A stretch of 32,000 bases of DNA, taken from assembly GCA_965247685.1 (NCBI GenBank), contig OZ252021.1, forward strand, positions 30,001-62,000, in the 5' to 3' direction. The first letter of the stretch is position 1, and every line of letters begins with the position of its first letter. The notes beneath the pieces were generated by a model, which saw nothing but the letters and a program-made list of their open reading frames with translations, ran no database searches and was not told the DNA's origin. Position numbers and translations under genes: made by a program. The DNA comes from Bdellovibrionales bacterium (GTDB lineage: Bacteria; Bdellovibrionota; Bdellovibrionia; Bdellovibrionales; UBA1609). Positions 1-9,002 of this stretch are shown in pieces.

Positions 1-348
1 ATTCTCATAAATATCAAAAGCCACTTCTCGATTCACTTGAAATAAATAAAATCCTTTTAATTCCAATCCATGTTTTTCTAAAAAATAAAACCCAACACTT
101 CCCCCCAAACCCAATTTGAAGAAAAACTCACTGCTGAAAAATATAGATACAGAAGGAGAGATTTCAAATCGACCTGTCTTTTGTAAAAAACGTCTTTGAA
201 TCACGACAATATCTTCAAAAGCAGATAGACGATTGAGATTATCAGAAAGTTGCATCGGTATATCATCATTGATTGTAAAAGCGTAACTCGAATTCACAAA
301 TAGTAAACTCAAACCTATAATCCATAAGTATTTTTTCACAAATTTCAT
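1..348 (-). CDS. outer-membrane beta-barrel protein, N-terminal part (3' end runs off the window start)
   Basis: Not in the ORF track because it is truncated. Hand translation from the ATG at 348..346 gives MKFVKKYLWIIGLSLLFVNSSYA/FTINDD..., a Sec signal peptide, followed by ...VVIQRRFLQKTGRFEISPSVSIFF.... The frame stays open for 116 codons to position 1. From memory, the N-terminal motif resembles the myxobacterial/Bdellovibrio 'OMP_myx_plus' beta-barrel family (TIGR04565). This was not checked by HMM. Confidence 0.55.
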   Translation of the reverse strand, partial: MKFVKKYLWIIGLSLLFVNSSYAFTINDDIPMQLSDNLNRLSAFEDIVVIQRRFLQKTGRFEISPSVSIFFSSEFFFKLGLGGSVGFYFLEKHGLELKGFYLFQVNREVAFDIYEN

Positions 349-433
349 AAACTTAAAAAACCCCTTTTTATTTCATACTGCTGCAAACTCATCTAAAACT
401 ATCCTTCACTCAAATTATTCGAATATAAAAAGT

Positions 434-1267
434 TTAAAATAACAAAGCTCCAAATCCAGCTCCTACTAAGTTTCTAAAAACAAAAGATTTTTCAAATTGA
501 TCATAATTTTTAGTTTGTGAACGGTATAAAGAACAAGAACGAGAATCCACTTTATCAACTGGAAGACTGACAGCTCCTATTCTACACCAAACTGGATTCG
601 GTCCATAATAGAAAAAAAATCTCAACCAACCATGAATATAGAATCTTTTCCCAATAAAAATCTTTTGATTGATCCCAGTTATAAGGATAGGCGCAAAATA
701 CAATTGTGATAAATCATAAGATTCGTAAGGACCAGGGTTTCGATCCTGAACCAGAGCAACCGTACCTCCTCCTAAATGAAGAGAAATATTATAGTTCATC
801 ACAACATTTTTAAGCAAAGACAACTTTCCGTAAAAGGGTATCCAATTATAGTTCAACAAAAAAGCATATCTAGGATGAGGAACTTCCGTTGCGTGAAAAG
901 AAATATTTTGTAACTCTGTATTGGGTTTGGAGAAGAACTCTCCTATAGAAGAAACCCCTTGAAAAAAGTACATACCTAAGAGGCTTAGACCATGAGCTTC
1001 ACTAAGAAAAAACCCTACATCTCCAGTAAAAGCCAGTCGAGAGTAAAAAGGATCATCAGCTCTATAATCTATAGAACTCATCATACTCATCTTATATTTT
1101 AACTTCACATTGCGATTCATGGTTACTTTGTTATTATCTGGAAAAATAGGGAGAACAGATTCTGCAGCAAGCTCTTCTTCTGGAAAACGAATTTCACGAG
1201 CCTCCACCCATAAAGAACAAAATAGAAAAAAACAAGCTATTTTGAGACATAAGAACCCAAATGGCAC
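434..1267 (-). CDS. outer-membrane beta-barrel protein (paralogous family to the upstream partial gene)
   Basis: The ORF track gives 434..1363, but its first codon is TTG with no SD. An in-frame GTG at 1267..1265 sits 9 nt after AAGGAG (1282..1277) and yields the signal peptide MPFGFLCLKIACFFLFCSLWVEA/REI. The body has alternating beta-strand-like segments, a ...IPFYGKLSLLKNVVMNYNISLHLGGG... motif and a C-terminal ...GAGFGALLF ending in Phe, which is typical of OMPs. Confidence 0.6.
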   Translation of the reverse strand: MPFGFLCLKIACFFLFCSLWVEAREIRFPEEELAAESVLPIFPDNNKVTMNRNVKLKYKMSMMSSIDYRADDPFYSRLAFTGDVGFFLSEAHGLSLLGMYFFQGVSSIGEFFSKPNTELQNISFHATEVPHPRYAFLLNYNWIPFYGKLSLLKNVVMNYNISLHLGGGTVALVQDRNPGPYESYDLSQLYFAPILITGINQKIFIGKRFYIHGWLRFFFYYGPNPVWCRIGAVSLPVDKVDSRSCSLYRSQTKNYDQFEKSFVFRNLVGAGFGALLF

Positions 1268-1482
1268 GATAAAATACTCCTTAAAACCAAAGGTTAACTG
1301 TTTATATTTTAAATGACTATTTAATAAATGTGTAGTGACATTAGTAAAGAGGTCGAGTTCCAAGAAGACTCTTATAGATCACTTTATGACAGGAGCAAAA
1401 TCCAGACTTCATGCTCTGATAAACCTATGGGTGAGTGTATAAAATATAGACACTATAGTGGCTTATTTATTAATGAAAAAAG

Positions 1483-2847
1483 TTAGATACGGATAGAAAT
1501 ATCCATAAAAGCTAAATGATCGATTTTGTTCTCATCTGAGGCAGAGATTTCTTTACCTCGCATTGTATATTTAAGCCCCAATGCAACACCATCGCTTAAG
1601 AAATACTTTAGAGCTAAGCGATGCCCTGAATATCCTGTGCCACCAATATCATAATCCACATAGTTGCTGAAGGCGACATCTGTGGGCAATCTAAAGTAAT
1701 GATAACTGGCATTGAATTGCTGGTTTTGTTGATGTCCAAAAACTCCACCAACAACAAATCCTAAAGTTTCTAAGGATGCGCTATTGATATAACCCGATCC
1801 AAAATTTTGAATCAAATTCAAAGATAAAGAAAGAGGAGTGCTTAATTCCACACCTTTGAATCTAAGATTCTTAATGTCCATTCTTACAAGCAGATCCAAT
1901 ACAGAATAATTATATTTGTAACTTTGTTGTTTTGTTTTTGCAGATTCCAATACACTGTTGGTTGTATATGTACTCGAAACAAACATATCTTTTGTAGGCA
2001 TACTATAGTAAACAGCGTTGAAACCAAAATCGTAATCTGTATTCTGCATCAACAAATTTGTAGATAAAGACCACATAAACCTGTTAGACGAATTAATAAG
2101 CTTCTGAGAAGACTCAGAAAGATACTTCTTAGAATCCACTCGCTCAAAACTAGGTAATAAAGCTGCACCATAACCTGTAATCAAAGGACTAATAGCATCT
2201 ACAAAAAATCCAGATAGCTTTACATCTAGATTGTAACGATTTAAAAATTCTCTTTGATAGTGGCCATAAATACCTTCTGGAGAGATATGCTCATCCCATA
2301 GGATACTGTAGTTTTTTTTATCGTACAAAGGAGAAGTTGAAAACTTCCCGACATTCAACATAAATCTGTCGTTAAAGGCATAAGATGCAGATACCCCTTG
2401 GAGCCATATTGGTTTGCCATTAACTCCCCCAATGAAGCTTTTCGGATCACTGAAAGAAATACTGCCATATTCTGCAGAATACCAGCCCCCAGAAGCTAAT
2501 TCAACATTCATACTCAGTTTAGAATTCACATGGTAAGATCCTCCTGCTACAAACTTCACTTGAAAAAGAGGAGAGAAGAATTCATCACCATAAATTTGAA
2601 TATAACGAAAGTTCAGATCACTAAAAAACCCTGAAGAGTCACTGTCTAATGAGGAATAAAGATGTTTAGAGGAGGCTAATTCTCTGGATTGTTGGGGTTG
2701 ATAAGCCGTAAGCAAATGAGAATTGAATTTTTTAGAGCCTGAATCTGAATAAGCCAACAACAGATTGGAATCTAAAATTGCTGATCCGTTTTTGGCAGAA
2801 GCCCAAACAGATCCCAATAAAAACAAAATAGATACGAACAATTTCAT
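1483..2847 (-). CDS. putative porin / outer-membrane beta-barrel protein
   Basis: 454-aa ORF with an ATG start and a GAGGA SD about 10 nt upstream. The signal peptide is MKLFVSILFLLGSVWASA. The protein is rich in Y/F/S/G/N with an alternating amphipathic pattern throughout. I recognise no specific family. Confidence 0.55.
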   Translation of the reverse strand: MKLFVSILFLLGSVWASAKNGSAILDSNLLLAYSDSGSKKFNSHLLTAYQPQQSRELASSKHLYSSLDSDSSGFFSDLNFRYIQIYGDEFFSPLFQVKFVAGGSYHVNSKLSMNVELASGGWYSAEYGSISFSDPKSFIGGVNGKPIWLQGVSASYAFNDRFMLNVGKFSTSPLYDKKNYSILWDEHISPEGIYGHYQREFLNRYNLDVKLSGFFVDAISPLITGYGAALLPSFERVDSKKYLSESSQKLINSSNRFMWSLSTNLLMQNTDYDFGFNAVYYSMPTKDMFVSSTYTTNSVLESAKTKQQSYKYNYSVLDLLVRMDIKNLRFKGVELSTPLSLSLNLIQNFGSGYINSASLETLGFVVGGVFGHQQNQQFNASYHYFRLPTDVAFSNYVDYDIGGTGYSGHRLALKYFLSDGVALGLKYTMRGKEISASDENKIDHLAFMDISIRI

Positions 2848-2876
2848 AATAACTTTTCCTCAAAGTTTGTTTAAAA

Positions 2877-2906
2877 ACCCAAGTCTTACATACCCAAGTC
2901 TTACAT
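2877..2906. repeat. perfect tandem direct repeat, 15 bp x 2 (acccaagtcttacat)
   Basis: Read directly from the sequence: 2877..2891 and 2892..2906 are identical. The repeat lies 30-60 nt upstream of the porin-like gene start (2847, minus strand). Confidence 0.9.
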
Positions 2907-3170
2907 AAAGACAAACGGTAAATACCTTGAATAGCTAAGAAAAATATAGCATTGTAGTGTTAAGATTCAGTTAAGAACGCATTAAGTTTCTGTTAAACCC
3001 CTCAAAACCACGCAAAAAGTCTTCTGTCTAGAATGGAGTGTATAAAGAATTGATGTATTATATACAACGCATTATAAGTAAATACAACGAGCTTCTTATT
3101 TACAAAGAGCCTCTTATTTATTAATACAGTCTCTGATTAAAATTATCTGGTTTGAAGGAGAAACAGAAAA

Positions 3171-5273
3171 ATGACCAAAAAAAATATCGAAAATATTAGG
3201 AATATTGGAATTTCAGCGCATATTGATTCTGGAAAAACTACCCTGACAGAACGTATCTTATTTTATACTGGTCGTATTCATGCCATTCATGATGTGAAAG
3301 GTAAAGATGGAGTCGGTGCAAAGATGGATTCCATGGAATTAGAAAGAGAAAGAGGCATCACCATTAAATCTGCAGCAACTTCTGTGAAATGGAAAGAGGG
3401 TGATATCAACATTATCGACACTCCCGGACATGTGGACTTTACTATCGAAGTTGAAAGAGCTCTTCGAGTGCTGGATGGCGCCATACTAGTGCTTTGTGGT
3501 GTTGCGGGTGTGCAATCTCAATCGATCACTGTAGATCGTCAGATGAAACGTTATAAAGTTCCCCGTATTGCTTTCATTAATAAATTAGACCGTGCAGGCG
3601 CTAATCCATTTCGTGTCACAGATATGCTGAGAGATAAACTTCGGCACAATGCTATAATGATGCAAATTCCTATCGGAATAGAAGATCAACTAGAAGGAGT
3701 TGTCGATCTCATTCAACAAAAGGCTATTTACTTCAAAGGAGACCAAGGAGAAAAAGTGGAATATGCAAATATTCCAGAAAATCTTAAGGAAGATAGCTTG
3801 AAATACAGAAATGAAATGATCGAAAAGCTTGCAGATTTTGACGATGAACTCGCAGAAAAATTTCTTAACGAAGAAGAAATTTCTGAAGAATTAATTCATA
3901 AGGTGATCCGTCAAGCTTGTTTGGATCTTAAAATTACACCTGTGTTTATGGGTTCAGCTTTTAAAAATAAAGGAGTGCAAACCTGCTTGGATGCCGTTTT
4001 CCGCTACCTCCCTAATCCTACTGAAGTAGAAAATGAATCCTTAGATATGAATGACAACGAAAAAATCGTTCCTATCGCCGTCGATCCAGAAAAACCGTTT
4101 ATTGGTTTGGCTTTTAAATTGGAAGATGGACGATTTGGTCAACTGACTTACATGAGGATTTACCAAGGTAAAGTTCAAAAAGGAGAATTTATTACTAACA
4201 GCAGAACACAAAAAAAAGTGAAAGTGCCTCGTTTGGTTTATATGCATGCTGATGATATGGAAGACATTGAAGAAGCATTTGCGGGTGATATTGTTGCTTT
4301 CTTTGGAGTCGACTGTGCTTCTGGAGATACATTCTGCGACGGCACTATTCGCCATACTATGACTTCCATGTTTGTTCCAGAACCTGTGATGTCCTTAGCT
4401 GTTTCTCCTAAAGAAAGATCCCACGGTGGTAAATTTAGTAAAGCTCTACAAAAATTTAGAAAAGAAGACCCTACATTTTTTATTCATCGAGATGAGGAGT
4501 CTGCGGAAACCATTATCTCTGGTATGGGGGAACTGCACTTGAATATCTATATTGAAAGAATGAAAAGAGAATTTTCCTGTGATGTGATCACAGGCCAACC
4601 TCAAGTAGCCTATAGAGAAACGATTTCTAAATCAGTGGACTTTGATTATACTCACAAAAAACAAACAGGTGGCGCCGGACAATTTGCAAAAGTGGTTGGA
4701 CAACTTGAACCTTTAGATCAAGACGACTCTACACAATATGATTTTGTGAATAAAATTACAGGAGGTCGTATTCCTAAGGAGTACATTCCTGCGGTGAATA
4801 AAGGTTTTCAAGAGCAAATGAAAAAAGGGCCTCTTGTGGGATTTCCTATCGTAGGAGTTAAGGCGACATTGTCCGATGGATCTTACCATGATGTCGACTC
4901 CTCAGAACTGGCTTTTAAAATCTGTGCGATGGCTGCTTTTAGAGAAGCTTATTTGAGAGCAAAGCCCACGGCACTAGAACCTATTATGAAGTTGGAGGTT
5001 TCTTGTCCTGAAGAATTTCAGGGAAATGTGATTGGTAATATCAATCAAAGACGAGGTGTCATCAAAGGGACTCACTCTACAGAATCTTTTACGACTATCG
5101 AGGCGGAAGCCCCCCTTTCCGAAATGTTTAACTACTCCACAGAACTTCGATCTTCGACTCAAGGTAAAGGTGAATTTACAATGGAGTTTTCACATTACAG
5201 TCAAATGCCTCAAAACCTGCAAGAACAACTTTCAAAAGAGTATCAAGAAAGTAAAAAAGAAAAGGAATCATGA
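3171..5273 (+). CDS. fusA: translation elongation factor G (mitochondrial EF-G1-like / 'spd' type)
   Basis: 700 aa. GAAGGAG at 3154..3160 precedes the ATG. G-domain motifs are present: [18 protein letters not shown]. The N-terminus [58 protein letters not shown] closely matches the mtEF-G1-type signature. Confidence 0.95.
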   Translation: MTKKNIENIRNIGISAHIDSGKTTLTERILFYTGRIHAIHDVKGKDGVGAKMDSMELERERGITIKSAATSVKWKEGDINIIDTPGHVDFTIEVERALRVLDGAILVLCGVAGVQSQSITVDRQMKRYKVPRIAFINKLDRAGANPFRVTDMLRDKLRHNAIMMQIPIGIEDQLEGVVDLIQQKAIYFKGDQGEKVEYANIPENLKEDSLKYRNEMIEKLADFDDELAEKFLNEEEISEELIHKVIRQACLDLKITPVFMGSAFKNKGVQTCLDAVFRYLPNPTEVENESLDMNDNEKIVPIAVDPEKPFIGLAFKLEDGRFGQLTYMRIYQGKVQKGEFITNSRTQKKVKVPRLVYMHADDMEDIEEAFAGDIVAFFGVDCASGDTFCDGTIRHTMTSMFVPEPVMSLAVSPKERSHGGKFSKALQKFRKEDPTFFIHRDEESAETIISGMGELHLNIYIERMKREFSCDVITGQPQVAYRETISKSVDFDYTHKKQTGGAGQFAKVVGQLEPLDQDDSTQYDFVNKITGGRIPKEYIPAVNKGFQEQMKKGPLVGFPIVGVKATLSDGSYHDVDSSELAFKICAMAAFREAYLRAKPTALEPIMKLEVSCPEEFQGNVIGNINQRRGVIKGTHSTESFTTIEAEAPLSEMFNYSTELRSSTQGKGEFTMEFSHYSQMPQNLQEQLSKEYQESKKEKES

Positions 5274-5812
5274 TTTTATCTGATCGATCCATTCAGTCTC
5301 TGCTCACAGCAAAGAAGTTAGAAATTACTCCTTTGTATGCCGGTGCTATTCAATCCGCCTCTATCGATTTGCGTTTAGGATCGGAGTTTGCTATTTTGAA
5401 ATACTGGTCAAAGATGGAAATTTTAAGTTTTCAATCTGAACCGGAGTACTTTAAAGTTCCTGCAGAAGAGTTTGTCATTCCCCCTCATTCATTTATTTTA
5501 GGGACAACAGTAGAAACTATTAAACTACCCAAAAATATTACAGCTTTTATAGAAGGTCGCAGTTCTGTGGGTCGTATGGGACTTTTTATTCAAAATGCAG
5601 GATGGGTCGCTCCCGGATTTGAAGGGCAAATCACATTAGAGCTTTTTAACGCTAATACCATGCCTATTCGAGTAAAAGCGAACCACAGAATTTGTCAAAT
5701 TGTGCTTTGTGAAATGGATCAAGCGCCCTTAAAGGCCTATCAAGGCAAATATCAAAATCAAAAAGGGGTTGAAGGAAGCAAAATTCACCAAGATGTGGAA
5801 AACCAAAAATAA
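5270..5812 (+). CDS. dcd: dCTP deaminase
   Basis: 180 aa. MILSDRSIQ...IDLRLG...[10 protein letters not shown]...[13 protein letters not shown] matches Dcd/dUTPase-superfamily motifs. Its ATG overlaps the fusA TGA (ATGA at 5270..5273). Confidence 0.9.
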   Translation: MILSDRSIQSLLTAKKLEITPLYAGAIQSASIDLRLGSEFAILKYWSKMEILSFQSEPEYFKVPAEEFVIPPHSFILGTTVETIKLPKNITAFIEGRSSVGRMGLFIQNAGWVAPGFEGQITLELFNANTMPIRVKANHRICQIVLCEMDQAPLKAYQGKYQNQKGVEGSKIHQDVENQK

Positions 5813-5903
5813 ATGACTAGTCGAAAGCTTATTTTATTGCTAGAATGAGGTCTGTTATGTCTGAAGATTCATCGATAATCTTAGCGGAGTTGCACAGAAA
5901 CGG

Positions 5904-6962
5904 ATGACCGCTCTGCTCTTTTATTTCATTTTTTGTGTGACTATTTCTTTCTTTTGCTCTCTTCTTGAAGCCTGCTTTTTATCTATCACAGGAGTTTATG
6001 TTCAAACTCATTGTAAGAAAGGTAAAAACTTTGCCTTTATAATGAGGCAATTCAAAGCCAATATGCATCGCCCGCTCAGTGCTATACTTGCGATCAACAC
6101 CATTGCAAATACAGTAGGAGCCGCAGGTGTAGGAGCTCAAGTTCATGTACTTTATGGAAGCGCTTATGTGGCTGTCGCTTCCGGAATTCTCACCTTTATT
6201 ATTTTGATTTTTTCAGAAATTATTCCTAAAAATTTAGGTGCAGCCCATTGGAGAAGTCTCGCTCCTTTTTGTACTTATGCTATTAAAGTCTTAATCTACA
6301 TCACATCTCCTTTTGTTTGGATGTCTGAAAAAATTAGTCGAATTCTTTCTAAAAAAGTTACGGCATCTCTTACAAAAGAAGAAATGCTGGCCACTGTTGA
6401 GATGGCGGCCTCTACAGGTGTTATCACCCAAAAAGAGAGTTATATTATGACTAATCTTCTTTCACTCAGCACTATTAAAGTTTCTGAGATTATGACTCCT
6501 CGATCGGTCATCTTTACCTTAGATCGTAATATGACTATCGATGAAGTTCTTCGAAAACATAAAAATATTAATTTCTCTCGTATTCCTGTTTTTAATAACA
6601 ACATGGATTCTATAGAAGGTATTGTTCATCGATATAAAATTTTTGAAGCTCAATCTCTTGGACTTTCGAGTATGAGACTGTCCGAATATCAAGTTCCTAT
6701 TCATGTGATTCCTGAGCATATTTCTGTAGCAGCCACTATGGATCAATTGATTAAAAGAAAGGAGCATATCTTTTTAGTTGTGGATGAATATGGCATGGCT
6801 GTCGGTTTGGTGACTTTAGAAGATGCTGTAGAAACTATTTTAGGTGTTGAAATTGTAGATGAATTAGACTCTGTGGAAGATCTCAGAAAGCTTGCTATAG
6901 AAAAATGGCAGAAAAGAAAACAAATTCTCGATGAAAAAGCTGAAAAATCCAACTCCAAATAA
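5904..6962 (+). CDS. DUF21 (CNNM) transmembrane domain plus CBS-pair protein (CorB/TlyC-like putative Mg2+/Co2+ efflux family), lacking the CorC_HlyC C-terminal domain
   Basis: 352 aa. It has N-terminal TM helices, the motifs ...LAINTIANTVGAAGVG... and ...SEIIPKNLG..., and then CBS-like ...VSEIMTPR...IPV... and ...FLVVDEYGMAVGLVTLEDAVE. Confidence 0.85.
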   Translation: MTALLFYFIFCVTISFFCSLLEACFLSITGVYVQTHCKKGKNFAFIMRQFKANMHRPLSAILAINTIANTVGAAGVGAQVHVLYGSAYVAVASGILTFIILIFSEIIPKNLGAAHWRSLAPFCTYAIKVLIYITSPFVWMSEKISRILSKKVTASLTKEEMLATVEMAASTGVITQKESYIMTNLLSLSTIKVSEIMTPRSVIFTLDRNMTIDEVLRKHKNINFSRIPVFNNNMDSIEGIVHRYKIFEAQSLGLSSMRLSEYQVPIHVIPEHISVAATMDQLIKRKEHIFLVVDEYGMAVGLVTLEDAVETILGVEIVDELDSVEDLRKLAIEKWQKRKQILDEKAEKSNSK

Positions 6963-6968
6963 AAAAGA

Positions 6969-8963
6969 TTAATCACGATAAGAAAGATCCAGCAACTCGT
7001 ACCTTTTCACTTGATCTCTTAAGCGGACAGCCTCTTCAAAATCTAGGCGATCAGATGCTTCCTTCATTTTTTTCTTTAAAATTTCAATCTCCTTTAAAAG
7101 ATTTTTATCCTTGATGGTTTTATAAATGTTTTTCTCCGAATCCTTCTTGTTTTTATGGAAACCATAAATCTCCATAAGTTCTCTAGGAATCGACTTAGTC
7201 ACACTTCGAGGTTTTATTTTATGCTTTTTATTATATTCTTTTTGAATTTCTCTTCTCCTTTGAGTTTCTGAAATTGCTTTATTCATAGAAGCTGTGACTT
7301 GATTAGCATAAAGTATCACAAACCCTTCAACATTTCGGGCTGCACGCCCCATGGTTTGAATTAAGGAACGAGTGGATCTTAAAAATCCCTCTTTGTCTGC
7401 ATCCATAATAGCAACTAGGCCTACTTCCGGTAAATCCAAACCTTCTCGGAGCAAATTAATACCAACTAAAACTTTAAATACCCCTAAGCGTAAATCTTTC
7501 AAAATGGATGTTCGTTCGATCGTTTTTATTTCACTATGCAAGTAACGTGACTCAACACCTAACTTTTGTAGATAAGAAGATAAATCTTCAGCCATTTTTT
7601 TTGTCAAAGTTGTCACCAAAACTCGATAACCCTTTTGAATCTGCCTTTGAACTTCGGCTAAGAGATCATCAACTTGATGAGTCGCAGGCCGCACTTCAAT
7701 TTCAGGATCGAGTAAACCTGTTGGACGAATAATTTGCTCCACAATAGCGTCGCTCCCCTTTTTTAACTCGTATTCTCCCGAAGTTGCAGAAACATAGATC
7801 ACTTTATTTAAAAAATTTTCAAATTCTTGAAAATTCAATGGACGGTTATCTAAAGCAGAAGGAAGTCTAAAACCATGTTCTACTAAAGTAGTTTTTCTTC
7901 TTCGATCTCCAAGGTACATCCCTCCCACCTGTGGAACGGTAATATGACTTTCATCAATGACCATTAAAAAATCTTTTGGAAAATACTCTAATAAAGTGGG
8001 AGGAGCCTCTCCAGGATTTTTCCCTGAGAAGTGTCTGGAATAATTTTCAATTCCAGGGCAAGTTCCCATTTCACGAATCATCTCTAAATCATAAAGGGTT
8101 CTTTTCTTCAATCGATCCATTTCCATTATTTTTTTCTCCGTGCGTAAAATTCTCAAATGAATCTTCAGCTCTTCTTGAATAGTGGATATAGCTATTTGAT
8201 TTTTTCGAGCTGAGGTGGCGTAATGAGACACAGGATAAAAAGAAATTTTAGAACAATCATGTAGAGTGACTCCTGTAATCGGATCAATAGCTGTTATGCG
8301 ATCGATATAATCCCCAAAAAATTCGATGCGATAAGATTTTTGATCTTCATATGGCGGAAAAACATCCACAACATCTCCTCGAACACGAAATACACCACGG
8401 TGGAAGTCCTCATCATTTCTTGTAAATTGAATGGCAATGAGATTTCTTAAAAAATCATCACGATTCAGCTCTTGATTCACAAACAAATGAATGGATAATT
8501 CCTCATAATCATCTGGACTTCCTAAACCATAAATGCAGGAAACACTGCTAACGATAATCACATCTTTACGATTCATAAGAGAGTGAGTGGCAGAATGTCT
8601 CATACGATCGATCTGATCATTAATGGAGGAGTCTTTTTCAATGTAGGTATTGGTTGCAGGTAAATAAGCTTCAGGCTGGTAGTAGTCATAGTAACTCACA
8701 AAATATTCCACAGCATTATTAGGAAAAAGTTCTTTAAATTCAGAAAAAAGCTGAGCCGCTAAAGTTTTATTGGGAGCTAGTACGAGTGTGGGGACACCTA
8801 GTTTTTGAATCATGTGAGCAATAGTGAAAGTTTTTCCGGAACCTGTAACACCTAAAAGGACTTGTTGATTTTTATTCTTCTTAAAGTTTTTACATAAAGA
8901 ATCGACAGCTGGACCTTGAGATCCTGAAAGAGAAAAAGAAGTTTTGATTTTAAACTTTTCCAA
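6969..8963 (-). CDS. uvrB: excinuclease ABC subunit B
   Basis: 664 aa. It contains Walker A GVTGSGKT, a DESH box (VIDESHITVPQ), helicase motifs, and a C-terminal UVR motif (...FEEAVRLRDQVKRYE). The start codon is TTG at 8963, preceded 8 nt upstream by GAGGAAGAGG. Confidence 0.97.
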   Translation of the reverse strand: MEKFKIKTSFSLSGSQGPAVDSLCKNFKKNKNQQVLLGVTGSGKTFTIAHMIQKLGVPTLVLAPNKTLAAQLFSEFKELFPNNAVEYFVSYYDYYQPEAYLPATNTYIEKDSSINDQIDRMRHSATHSLMNRKDVIIVSSVSCIYGLGSPDDYEELSIHLFVNQELNRDDFLRNLIAIQFTRNDEDFHRGVFRVRGDVVDVFPPYEDQKSYRIEFFGDYIDRITAIDPITGVTLHDCSKISFYPVSHYATSARKNQIAISTIQEELKIHLRILRTEKKIMEMDRLKKRTLYDLEMIREMGTCPGIENYSRHFSGKNPGEAPPTLLEYFPKDFLMVIDESHITVPQVGGMYLGDRRRKTTLVEHGFRLPSALDNRPLNFQEFENFLNKVIYVSATSGEYELKKGSDAIVEQIIRPTGLLDPEIEVRPATHQVDDLLAEVQRQIQKGYRVLVTTLTKKMAEDLSSYLQKLGVESRYLHSEIKTIERTSILKDLRLGVFKVLVGINLLREGLDLPEVGLVAIMDADKEGFLRSTRSLIQTMGRAARNVEGFVILYANQVTASMNKAISETQRRREIQKEYNKKHKIKPRSVTKSIPRELMEIYGFHKNKKDSEKNIYKTIKDKNLLKEIEILKKKMKEASDRLDFEEAVRLRDQVKRYELLDLSYRD

Positions 8964-9002
8964 TGTTGAAACCTCTTCCTCAATTATTATATTTTAAAAA
9001 AT

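Noticed and set aside
1110-1316. Small antisense or alternative-frame ORFs within housekeeping or OMP genes: 1110..1316, 2732..2914, 3287..3484, 4041..4355, 5032..5283, 6519..6976, 7508..8182, 9066..9254, 10302..10496, 13630..13869, 16837..17052, 28141..29122, 29670..29867 and 31106..31426.
   Set aside because: Each is embedded in or overlaps a much longer ORF with a confident family assignment or context. Their translations are Lys/Arg/Ile/Phe-rich, as expected from reading AT-rich coding DNA in the wrong frame.
6960-6971. The convergent stops of the CNNM gene (TAA 6960..6962) and uvrB (TAA on the minus strand, 6969..6971) are only 6 nt apart. I looked for a shared bidirectional terminator.
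   Set aside because: There is no room for a hairpin between the stops, and I saw no convincing stem overlapping the gene ends. This is an ordinary compact gene arrangement.
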